The translations under genes were made by a program, and so were the position numbers. The notes below the pieces were generated by a model. That model saw only the letters and a list, made by a program, of their open reading frames with translations. It did no database searches and was not told the DNA's origin. 32,000 nt of DNA, from the NCBI GenBank assembly GCA_021650915.1, contig CP091279.1:3570001-3602000 (forward strand), written 5' to 3'. Source of the DNA: Candidatus Brocadia sp. (GTDB lineage: Bacteria > Planctomycetota > Brocadiia > Brocadiales > Brocadiaceae). Shown here piece by piece: positions 20,370 to 28,238 of this stretch (within the stretch, counting starts at the first letter, position 1; each line of letters begins with the position of its first letter).

Positions 20370-21989
20370 ATGTCTGAATCAAAAAACCTCTTCCGTTCCG
20401 TAAGGATTATCAGTGTCTGTACCCTTTTGAGCCGTATCCTCGGCCTGGCAAGGGACATGATCTGCGCCGGTATTTTTGGGACAAGCATGGTATGGGACGC
20501 CTTTACGGTTGCCTTTAAGATCCCGAATCTGTTTCGCCGCCTCTTTGGTGAAGGCGCCCTCAGCGCCGCCTTTATTCCCATCTTTACCGAACAGATCGAA
20601 AAGCGCGGCAGGGAAGAGGCCTTCGTCTTTTTTAACGTTGTAGCCACTGCCCTCGTCGTTATTTTGGGTAGTATTGTCCTGCTGGGCGAAGGGTCTTTTT
20701 TCGTCATTCCGCGGTTATTCCAGATGGAGGAAAAATGGCAACTCATCCTGAAGCTGCTCATTATCATGTTTCCCTACGTCTTCTTCATCTGCCTGGTTGC
20801 CTTTATGGGCGCGGTGCTAAACACCCTGCGTCATTTTTTTTTGCCTGCCTTTGCGCCGGTTGTTATGAATGTCTGCTGGATTATTGGCGCCGTTGTGGCC
20901 CCCTATACCGGAAAGACGCTGGGTGTCATGATCTACGCGGTTGCCATATCGACCTTTCTTTCCGGTCTTGTCCAGGTGGTGATTCACTTCCCTGCGCTAC
21001 GGAAACAAGGGTTGTCCTACCGGTTTCTTCCCAGATTTTCCCATCCGGGATTGAAGCTGGTATTGATCCGCATGGCCCCCATTGTCTTCGGGCTGGGCAT
21101 TGTGCAGATCAATGTCCTGCTCGACAGCGTGATTGCCGTTGGGTTTTCCTCGTCGCAGGGCGGGCCGGACACCTTTACCTTTGCAGGGCTGACCGTTCCT
21201 TTTCCCATGAAGGCAGGCGCCGCCTCGGTGCTCTATTACAGCGACCGGCTGATCCAGTTCCCCCTGGGGGTATTTGGCATCGCCATGGCAACCGCCGTGT
21301 TTCCCCTCTTTTCCACCCATGCAGTCAGGGAAGACTGGGGCAATTTTTCGATGGCCTTCAATAAGGCGTTAAAATTTATCCTCTTCATTGGGATTCCGGC
21401 GTCGCTGGGCATTATTGTCCTCCGTGAGCCGATCATCGATCTCTTGTACCGGAGGAATCAGTTTGATGCGGAATCGGCTTACCGGACGTCGCGTGTTATA
21501 CTCTTTTATGCCATTGGTATCTGGGCGTATTGCGGCCTGCATGTCTTGATCCGGGCTTTTTACTCCGTGAAAGACACCGTTACCCCGGTGAGGGTTGGAG
21601 CCGCCTGCGTGGGGCTAAATCTCGTGTTAAATCTTTCGCTTATCTGGGTATTGCAGGAAGGCGGTCTCGCCCTTTCTACCGCTATCAGTTCCATGACACA
21701 AATCGTTGTTTTGAGCATCATCTTGCAAAAAAGACTTCGGATTAAGATTGGCAATGAGGTCTTTGTCTCCTTCCAGAAAATTGTCGTTGCTTCCCTGGCA
21801 ATGGCAGGCGCCGGTTGGTTTGCCCTCAGGATGTTTCCTGAGGTAAATGGTGGAGGAAGTCTCTGCTTTAAAGGACTCCGGCTTTTCATCCCGATGCTGT
21901 CGGCTTTAGCTGCATTTGCGGCGACCTCTTTTCTGCTCAAATTGGAAGAGTTTGGCTATCTGGTCAGACTGTCCTTAAGAAAAGTTTGA
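20370..21989 (+). CDS. murJ: Lipid II flippase MurJ (MviN family)
   Basis: N-terminus SRILGLARDMICAGIFGTSMVWDAFTVAFKIPNLFRRLFGEGALSAAFIPIF is the canonical MurJ signature. About 14 TM segments. ATG 20370 is preferred. TTG 20358 is possible (GGAGG at 20351-20355). Confidence 0.9.
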   Translation: MSESKNLFRSVRIISVCTLLSRILGLARDMICAGIFGTSMVWDAFTVAFKIPNLFRRLFGEGALSAAFIPIFTEQIEKRGREEAFVFFNVVATALVVILGSIVLLGEGSFFVIPRLFQMEEKWQLILKLLIIMFPYVFFICLVAFMGAVLNTLRHFFLPAFAPVVMNVCWIIGAVVAPYTGKTLGVMIYAVAISTFLSGLVQVVIHFPALRKQGLSYRFLPRFSHPGLKLVLIRMAPIVFGLGIVQINVLLDSVIAVGFSSSQGGPDTFTFAGLTVPFPMKAGAASVLYYSDRLIQFPLGVFGIAMATAVFPLFSTHAVREDWGNFSMAFNKALKFILFIGIPASLGIIVLREPIIDLLYRRNQFDAESAYRTSRVILFYAIGIWAYCGLHVLIRAFYSVKDTVTPVRVGAACVGLNLVLNLSLIWVLQEGGLALSTAISSMTQIVVLSIILQKRLRIKIGNEVFVSFQKIVVASLAMAGAGWFALRMFPEVNGGGSLCFKGLRLFIPMLSALAAFAATSFLLKLEEFGYLVRLSLRKV

Positions 21990-22041
21990 TGGCTTGCAAC
22001 AGGGCGCACAGCGTGCGTAAAGAACGGAATTATCGTAAACG

Positions 22042-22078
22042 CATAACGCAGCACAGCCACAACCAAAAAAGTTCAACC
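22042..22078. repeat. Dispersed repeat, copy 2, abutting the group II intron 3' end
   Basis: CATAACGCAGCACAGCCACAACCAAAAAAGTTCAACC. Homology to copy 1 stops at 22078, within 1-6 nt of the predicted intron 3' boundary. Confidence 0.5.
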
Positions 22079-22121
22079 GCCGAGTAGGCAAGGGGGAGTT
22101 TCACCCCCCAAGCCTCTCACA

Positions 22122-22155
22122 GAACCGTACGTGACAGTCTCCCGTCATACGGCTC
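22122..22155 (-). ncRNA. Group II intron catalytic domain V
   Basis: Minus strand GAGCCGTATGACGGGAGACTGTCACGTACGGTTC. It has the AGC triad, the 2-nt AC bulge and a 34-nt hairpin, as in the bacterial DV consensus GAGCCGUAU...ACGUACGGUUC. Confidence 0.9.
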
Positions 22156-22174
22156 GTGTTATTCTTGATACGCC

Positions 22175-22822
22175 TCAACAGTATCCCATTTTCCAGTGAT
22201 AAAACAACTCTGGGTTAGCTTGTTTTATCAAATTGAGTTTCGCCACTGATTTCCGATAGCCAATCTTGTGCTTTTTCCTGAGCCACTTGATTAGTCTCCT
22301 GTCTATCATCAGTAACGTGTTTCTTAGGCTTCTTATGCTGTATTTACCATAATACGCTATCCATCCTCGAAGTTTGGCATTGGGGAGTTTTGCTATGCTT
22401 GACACTTCCACCACGGTGTTACTCCAAAGTCTCATTTCTCTTATTACTTCTCGGATTCGCTTCTGGTTGGATTGACTTATCTCGGCTGCAAATGCTTTAT
22501 ACTGCTTACCATCCTTGATGCTCTTTCTTGCTCCTGGCTGATAACTGAATCCTAAAAATTCAAATTTGACTACTTCATGGCTTCCCTTACGCCTGTAGTC
22601 ACTACAGTAAGCAATGCGTATCTTTTCCTCTTTGATTTTCAACTTCACTTCTGCAAGTCTCTCCTTTATCGTCTCAAGCACTCTCTCTGCCTCAGCTTTG
22701 CTTGTGCAGTGTACCACAACATCGTCTGCATATCTCACAAAACTCGCCTTCGGATAGTGTTTGGATAGCCACACATCAAGCGTAAAATGCAGATAGAGAT
22801 TTGCAAGTAAAGGGCTGATTAC
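22175..22822 (-). pseudogene. Group II intron reverse transcriptase/maturase, N-terminally truncated
   Basis: The frame reads VISPLLANLYLHFTLDVWLSKHYP..FVRYADDVVVHC (RT domains 4-5, YADD) then LRGWIAYYGKYS (maturase X), ending ELFYHWKMGYC with no endonuclease domain. An in-frame TGA lies at 22823-22825 and RT domains 0-3 are absent upstream. Confidence 0.85.
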
Positions 22823-22844
22823 TCAGGGTAACGTCAAGGTCATG

Positions 22845-22953
22845 CTAGTATACAGACATATTAATTGCGAATTATATATTGTGGGCAATTATAGTTATAT
22901 AGTGCTGCAAAACAGCATTTATATGTTTCGTTATTAATATGTCTCTACACTAG
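22845..22953. repeat. 21-bp inverted repeat enclosing a very AT-rich 67-nt core
   Basis: CTAGTATACAGACATATTAAT (22845-22865) versus ATTAATATGTCTCTACACTAG (22933-22953), complementary at 19/21. It is followed by GTCGC-gggg-GCGAC. It sits exactly where RT homology is lost. Confidence 0.5.
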
Positions 22954-23076
22954 TCGCGGGGGCGACTTGGGAACGACTCTACAATGCCTTCAATGGCCAG
23001 GAATACGACGACCTTGTAAGAAAGTTTGACTTCGATACATAGCGTCTTAAGTAATTGCGCATAAGCGCCTGAGCCG

Positions 23077-23361
23077 TGTAGGGTAGACATCGCCTACCAC
23101 GTATTTCGAATGCATGTGGGTAATTTGTGCGGATGTGGAATGGATGAAATGGTTGGGAGCGATCTTAACATTGAACGGATTTTGGTAATGGTGGGTCGTG
23201 CTTGCATTACTTCACATTTTACCGCATTTGATCTGGCAGGCGGTGCCTTGCCCTACAGAAAAATTGTGTGGATACACAAATTGTAGTTGAGGCACGAAAC
23301 CCAACATTTCCAAAGATATCAGGTTAGAGGTGTTGGGTTTCACTGACTTTCTACCAACCTA
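23077..23361. repeat. Cluster of REP-like hairpins with CCTAC tails
   Basis: GTAGGGTAGACATCGCCTAC (23077-23096). GGCAGGCGGTGCCTTGCCCTAC (23234-23255). GAAACCCAACA...TGTTGGGTTTC...CCAACCTAC (23295-23361). No credible ORF. Confidence 0.45.
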
Positions 23362-23537
23362 CACAACTCGGTATTAAAGGAGATGCTATTGGAATTTATT
23401 CTTTCATTGGTTCAAATACGCGTTCGACTTTATATCGCGCGATATTTCTCTTTCCGCCACGCCCTTTCGCCTTAACCCGACTTTCGCAATTCGAGGGGTA
23501 TACAACCCGCTAAGCCAGGAAAATCAAGGGGTCATGT

Positions 23538-23563
23538 AAAAAGGTCGGCACTACAGGCCGACC
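23538..23563 (-). terminator. Hairpin + T-run overlapping the transposase stop codon
   Basis: Minus strand GGTCGGC-ctgtagt-GCCGACC-TTTTT. A related 13-nt string GGTCGGCACTACA recurs at 25377-25389 upstream of the transposase start. Confidence 0.45.
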
Positions 23564-25332
23564 TGCCCGGATACGTAAACCTTGGGCGGCGGTTGTTCAG
23601 GAAGCGTTAATCCCAACTGCGCCAAAAGGAGTAAAACGTCCTTCTCCGGCTGGGTATAACGGCTCATGACAATATGACGGCCATCCGTGGTCGGTAAATG
23701 AACGTCTATCATTTGAATGCCCGACAGTTTTTCCAAAATCGCTTCAGACGTCAGCCCTCCGGCCCTCCCCCGCGCAAGATTGCGCAGTGTCGTGTGGAGA
23801 CAAAAAGCCAAAAAGGAAACAAAGATATGGGCTTCAATTCTCCGTTCCAATTGATGCCATAGGGGGCGGACGGAAAGAGACCCCTTCAAGTCCTTAAATG
23901 CCTGTTCTATCCGTGTCAACAGCAAATAATTTTCCCAGACGGTTTCTGGCGCGGTGGCCTGCATGTTGGAACGAAGCAAATAACGCCCCTCGCGCCGATA
24001 CGCCTGCCTCAGGCGTTCCCGATCCAAACTGAACCGGAACGTATTCTCATTGACCGGTTCCTGCGGTTTGGGAATGGAGATCGTGACCAGTCTGTAGTCT
24101 CGTCCGGCTTCTTTCTTTAACGCGCCAATATGCATGAGCAGGTCATCGCGCGTGAGGGCTTTTCGATTGCGAAGTTCGCGCAGGCCCATCCACAAACGTC
24201 TGAGTCTGCGCCTACGCATGGCACGCTCCTTAGACACCCGGTCATGGCTTTCCACGTAAACGTAAAACTCCGATTCCTGCCGAAGAACTTTCACGCGGAC
24301 ACTCTCCCTCGCCTGCATCCAGGTTTGTTCGAGTAGCGGTTTTTCTACTCGCGTCAAATGTCCCTTCGGAGTCCCAACCAAATAATCAATCCCGCGCTCA
24401 CGCATCTTTTCCAACATCTCCTCCGTTGGAATACCGCGATCCATAAGCCAGGTGCGCCGGAATTTCCCATACTGCTTTTCAATCCGATCCAGAAATTCCT
24501 CCAGCGTTGCGGTGTCTCTGGTATTGCCCGGATACACTTCGTAGGCAACGGGAAATCCTTCCGGCGTTAACACCAATGCCACTACCACCTGCACGCAATC
24601 CGAACGGTTGTCCCGACTGTATCCAAAACGCTTCTTACTTCCCGATACAGCCGGAGGTGGGTCACTTTCAAAATACGTACTCGTCAAATCATACAGCAGC
24701 ACATCGTACTTCGCCCCAAAGAGCTTGCCCCACTTCTCCTTTAAATAGGCAAACAGCTCGTCCCGATGCTCAAGCAACAAATCCAAACAACGATACGCCT
24801 TGTCCTTCTGCGCCAGGGAATAATCCTCTCCCAGCAGATCGCCTGTTGCGCTGCGCACGTACCACTCACGGTGAAAACGAAATTCGCTTCCCGGATCGGT
24901 CAACCGGTAACAGACAAGCGCCTTCAGGATATTCAGCCAGCTTGTTCCCTTCCGGCTTGACGGCAGACGCATCCTCCAGAATGTGTCCAGTTCCAGCATA
25001 TTCCATACATACAATCCCAACCAGCTTGCTCCCCACTCCCGCGGATGGCGCAGCTCTATTTTGTCCAACCTCACCCGAACTGTCTCACCATCCGGTATCG
25101 GCATGGCTTCCCGGTCATCCGGAAACAATGCCAGTTGTCTTGGCCTGGGTTCTTTACCCGACACCGCCTCTATCGTCCGAACCCACCCAGCCCGTTGATT
25201 GTCATTGAGTTCTCCCAAATAGAGAACCTGCCGCTGCACCACCCTTCTTCCGCTGACCCGGCGGTTCTCTACCACGCTCCAATAACGGTGGGTTTTCCCA
25301 TCTTTCGTTCGTGTCTTTTCCCGGAGAAACAT
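23551..25332 (-). CDS. IS1634-family (IS4-like DDE) transposase
   Basis: N-terminus MFLREKTRTKDGKTHRYWSVVENRRVSGRRVVQRQVLYLGEL has the characteristic IS1634 opening (K.GK.Y.Y..VES.R..GKV.Q..L..LG). The long DDE body includes YDLTSTYFE. ATG 25332 is preferred over the GTG at 25383. Confidence 0.85.
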   Translation of the reverse strand: MFLREKTRTKDGKTHRYWSVVENRRVSGRRVVQRQVLYLGELNDNQRAGWVRTIEAVSGKEPRPRQLALFPDDREAMPIPDGETVRVRLDKIELRHPREWGASWLGLYVWNMLELDTFWRMRLPSSRKGTSWLNILKALVCYRLTDPGSEFRFHREWYVRSATGDLLGEDYSLAQKDKAYRCLDLLLEHRDELFAYLKEKWGKLFGAKYDVLLYDLTSTYFESDPPPAVSGSKKRFGYSRDNRSDCVQVVVALVLTPEGFPVAYEVYPGNTRDTATLEEFLDRIEKQYGKFRRTWLMDRGIPTEEMLEKMRERGIDYLVGTPKGHLTRVEKPLLEQTWMQARESVRVKVLRQESEFYVYVESHDRVSKERAMRRRRLRRLWMGLRELRNRKALTRDDLLMHIGALKKEAGRDYRLVTISIPKPQEPVNENTFRFSLDRERLRQAYRREGRYLLRSNMQATAPETVWENYLLLTRIEQAFKDLKGSLSVRPLWHQLERRIEAHIFVSFLAFCLHTTLRNLARGRAGGLTSEAILEKLSGIQMIDVHLPTTDGRHIVMSRYTQPEKDVLLLLAQLGLTLPEQPPPKVYVSGQVGL

Positions 25333-25486
25333 GCGAGCATTTTCGCACTTCCTCCTGCATGCGTCAAGAGGGTAGGTCGGCACTACAAGCCGTTTTGAAA
25401 ATTCACCCCTTGAATATCACGGGTTTCCTGGCGACTCTTGCCCAAAAATAAACTTTTTTGGGCGCGAATTGCGAAAGTCGGGTTAA

Positions 25487-25622
25487 CAGGCATATCTTTA
25501 TCCATAAAGTCAAGTTCGGCATTATCTGGAATAGTATCAATAATCTCAGGATGGTCAATTATTTGTCTTATAAAATCAAAGGTCATTCCAATGTTTCTTT
25601 CTGCATACTCTTTTTTAGTCAT
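25487..25622 (-). pseudogene. Small ORF interrupted by the IS1634 right end (first 45 codons retained)
   Basis: MTKKEYAERNIGMTFDFIRQIIDHPEIIDTIPDNAELDFMDKDMP runs straight into the IS terminal repeat, so the rest of the track ORF 25383-25622 is IS-encoded. Its ATG overlaps (ATGA) the stop of an upstream minus-strand frame ending ...LKDALTYAVQDIKDRWEWYKERFKKGMKE. Family unknown. Confidence 0.4.
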
Positions 25623-25976
25623 TCTTTCATTCCCTTTTTGAATCTTTCTTTATACCATTCCCATCTGTCTTTTATGTCCTGTACTGCATAGGTTAAAGCA
25701 TCCTTCAAATTTTGTATCTGAATTATCTGCTTTATTAATAATGTAGAAAACCACGTCCTGTGGGCGTGGTCAGAGAACAACGGCTATGCCAGTTATCCCC
25801 TTCGATAAGTATGATGGAACTGGTTTTCGCCATGCCGGTATTTTCCCAAAGAGATGTTCAATTTTGAGTATAAAACGTTGAAAATACAAATAGGCTTACC
25901 GCTCATATCTCAAAGAGGCATTTTGGTTGCATGAAAACGAATCGCAGTTAGTTCTGCACACTACGGGAATTACTTA

Positions 25977-27825
25977 GTGTTTGAACGGAAACCCCCCAGA
26001 GCCCTGTAAAGTAAGGAGAAGCTGGTGAAAAATGTTCATGAAAGTCATTGAATTTTTTCGGGTAAAAGGGTAAAATATGGCGAAAATGAAGGGATTCTGG
26101 GTATAAAGAGTCCAAATATTCGGTTCATTAACCCACTAGCCAAAGGACATTCGATAGAAGATGAGAAAGAGATTTGAGCAGCAATTGAAGCTTGGCATCA
26201 TACCCATTTCAGGGGTAAAACTGCCAATAAAGAGTCGAGATGAGCTACCACCGATACTGAGGGCGTTGCAACATATCTATGTTACACCGGAGTTGAACGA
26301 GGAGGTATTCCGGATATTAGAGGCGAAGGTAACGAAGGGGAAGAAAAAGACGGGAAGATATGGGATGGATTTATGGCATATTTTGGTGTTGTCGGTGGTA
26401 AGATTAGGGTTAGATGCCGATTATGACAGGTTGGAGGATTTTGCCAACCATCACAAACTTATCAGGCAGATAATGGGGGTTGAGACGGCATTTGGAGAGG
26501 CGAAGGTTTTTTCGATGCAGAGCATCAAGGACAATATAAGATTGTTGGATGAGGAGACCCTCAGGCAGATAAATGAAGTGGTGATATCATCGGGGCATCA
26601 GTTGGTTAAAAAAAAGGACGAAGGACTGTGTATTAAGGTGGATACGTATGTGTTAGAGACGAATGTACACTTTCCGGCCGATATGAATTTATTGTGGGAT
26701 GCGGGACGCAAGAGTCTGGACATGATAGAGGATGCAATAGAGGAAGGCATCCTGGCGGGGAAAGGATGGCGCAAGAGCAAATATTGGAGGAGAGAGTTAA
26801 AAAAGCTGATGAGGATAAGCGCAAAGGCGTCAAGCAGCGGGGGGAAAAACAAGGAAGAGCATGTGAGGAGTTACTTGGAATTATCGAGGGGTTTGAGTGA
26901 AAAGATAGGAGCGAGTCTGTTAGCCATCTACGAAAAGGTGCTAACGACGAACCAGGTAGACAAGCATGCAGGGAAAATAGGGACACTGGAGTATTTTCAC
27001 GGGATGTTGAATAAACAGATAGACCTGGTGGAGAGAAGGGTGATCCGGGATGAGGTAATACCGGCGGCAGAAAAGGTTCATTCGTTGTTTGAGCCGCATA
27101 CGGAGTGGCTGTACAAAGGCAAGTCAAACAAAAGGGTAGAGTTGGGACATAATATTCTGGTAGCAAGCGATCAGTGGGGTTTCATCGTGGACCATGTGGT
27201 AGGAGAAAAACAGGCGGATGTATCGTTGGTAATTCCATTGGCAGATAGGTTGTTGAGCCGTTACGGAGAAGGCACAATAAAGAGTATAAGTTTTGATAAA
27301 GGTTTTTACAAGAAAGAGAATAAAGAGTTGCTGAGTTTGTATATACCAGAGGTAATCCTTCCCAAGAAGGGCAAGAAGAATAAGGCGGAACAGGAAGAGG
27401 AATCGGGTAAGACATTTAAGAAGCTAAGGCACAAGCACTCGGCGGTAGAATCGGATATCAATCGTTTGGAGCATCACGGCTTGGATAGGTGTCCGGACAA
27501 AGGGCTGCATGCCTTTAAAAGATATTGTGCAATGGGCGTGTTAGCTGCGAATTTGCACAAGCTGGGAAACGTGCTGCAGGAGAAGGCACGGAAGCAGTGC
27601 GAAAAGTTGCGAAAAGCCGCCTAAGCAAGCAAAAAACACGAAGAAAAACAGTCTGCCGGGAGGCAGGTACGCCCAGACAAGGCTAAAATAAAGGGGAAAA
27701 CAAGGGAAATATGTAAAAGAACAGTATTTTTGCCAAAAACCCTAATCTCAAATCTTAAAATTATCTATTGGTAAATAGAAAATCGACCTCGCACTTTTAC
27801 AAAAAGTGCGTTTTCGTTCAGACAC
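25977..27825 (+). mobile_element. ISNCY-like (ISDol1-group-like) insertion sequence, 1849 bp, with 6-bp target duplication
   Basis: Terminal IRs GTGTTTGAACGGAAAC (25977-25992) and the reverse complement of 27810-27825, GTGTCTGAACGAAAAC (14/16). They are flanked by the direct repeat TACTTA (25971-25976 and 27826-27831). Confidence 0.8.
26161..27624 (+). CDS. DDE transposase (ISNCY/IS5-related)
   Basis: 487 aa. The N-terminal region LPPILRALQHIYVTPELNEE...GRYGMDLWHILVLSVVRLGLDADYDRLEDFANHHKLIRQIMGV resembles the InsH-type N-terminal domain and, from memory, proteins annotated as ISNCY-family transposases. Intact ORF. Confidence 0.8.
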   Translation: MRKRFEQQLKLGIIPISGVKLPIKSRDELPPILRALQHIYVTPELNEEVFRILEAKVTKGKKKTGRYGMDLWHILVLSVVRLGLDADYDRLEDFANHHKLIRQIMGVETAFGEAKVFSMQSIKDNIRLLDEETLRQINEVVISSGHQLVKKKDEGLCIKVDTYVLETNVHFPADMNLLWDAGRKSLDMIEDAIEEGILAGKGWRKSKYWRRELKKLMRISAKASSSGGKNKEEHVRSYLELSRGLSEKIGASLLAIYEKVLTTNQVDKHAGKIGTLEYFHGMLNKQIDLVERRVIRDEVIPAAEKVHSLFEPHTEWLYKGKSNKRVELGHNILVASDQWGFIVDHVVGEKQADVSLVIPLADRLLSRYGEGTIKSISFDKGFYKKENKELLSLYIPEVILPKKGKKNKAEQEEESGKTFKKLRHKHSAVESDINRLEHHGLDRCPDKGLHAFKRYCAMGVLAANLHKLGNVLQEKARKQCEKLRKAA

Positions 27826-27922
27826 TACTTACAGTTTGCGTAATGAGTACAAATGGAAAACTTATCCTCTTTTAGGGGTTAACCCAAAGCCGCCTGCTCC
27901 GCGGGTGGATTCTTTACTTTTA

Positions 27923-27999
<77 letters not shown>

Positions 28000-28147
28000 A
28001 CCTGAACCTTCTTTACCACAGAAGGACACTGAACATAGAGCACTCAGAAGTTTACTTCTCTATTCCCTCCGCGGTTGTTTGAAATATGAGAAAGTTAAAA
28101 TAACATGACAGATAAGTATTGTCAAGGTTTTTCGGTCTGAATTTCAA

Positions 28148-28175
28148 TTGATTCAGGATGAAATTCTGATAGAAT
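28148..28175 (+). promoter_or_regulatory. Candidate sigma70 promoter for leuS
   Basis: TTGATT, 16 nt, TAGAAT, about 65 nt upstream of the ATG. It is immediately followed by the inverted repeat ATTCAAA..TTTGAAT. Confidence 0.35.
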
Positions 28176-28238
28176 TCAAATTCTTTTGAATACCTTCAAA
28201 GGGATTTGTAATGTAAACAGATACTCAAGGGGATTTTG

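Larger units (their letters stand above)
22079..22825 (-). mobile_element. Group II intron, 3' portion only (RT domains 4-7 + maturase X, DIV closing region, DV, DVI); 5' part missing or degraded
   Basis: Combines the RT/maturase remnant, a textbook domain V, and a domain VI stem GAGAGGC...GCCT-A-CTC with a bulged A at 22085. No GUGYG 5' end or domains I-III were recognisable on this strand. Boundaries are uncertain: 22079-22084 at the 3' end and 22823-22845 at the 5' break. Confidence 0.85.
23472..25486 (-). mobile_element. IS1634-family insertion sequence (2015 bp)
   Basis: Perfect 22-bp terminal inverted repeats TTAACCCGACTTTCGCAATTCG (23472-23493 and the reverse complement of 25465-25486) enclose a single transposase gene. 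No direct repeat of flanking DNA (left ...TTTCGCC, right CAGGCAT...). Confidence 0.85.

Noticed and set aside
20039-20767. 242-aa minus-strand ORF
   Set aside because: It overlaps the murJ 5' region antisense and extends into repeat-rich intergenic DNA. It has no motifs, whereas murJ on the plus strand is unambiguous.
22175-22822. Retron or other defence-associated reverse transcriptase
   Set aside because: The RT is followed by a canonical group II intron domain V and VI and carries the maturase X motif, so it belongs to an intron remnant, not a retron, Abi or UG system.
24507-25398. Plus-strand ORFs inside IS1634 (233 aa, 117 aa and others)
   Set aside because: They are antisense to the intact 593-610-aa transposase, are Pro/Ser/Thr/Arg-rich and have no motifs.
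25957-25961. GTGTG on the minus strand as a possible group II intron 5' end
   Set aside because: The sequence downstream on that strand contains small protein-like ORFs and the IS1634 insertion. I could recognise no domain I-III features, and the distance and context do not connect to the RT remnant.
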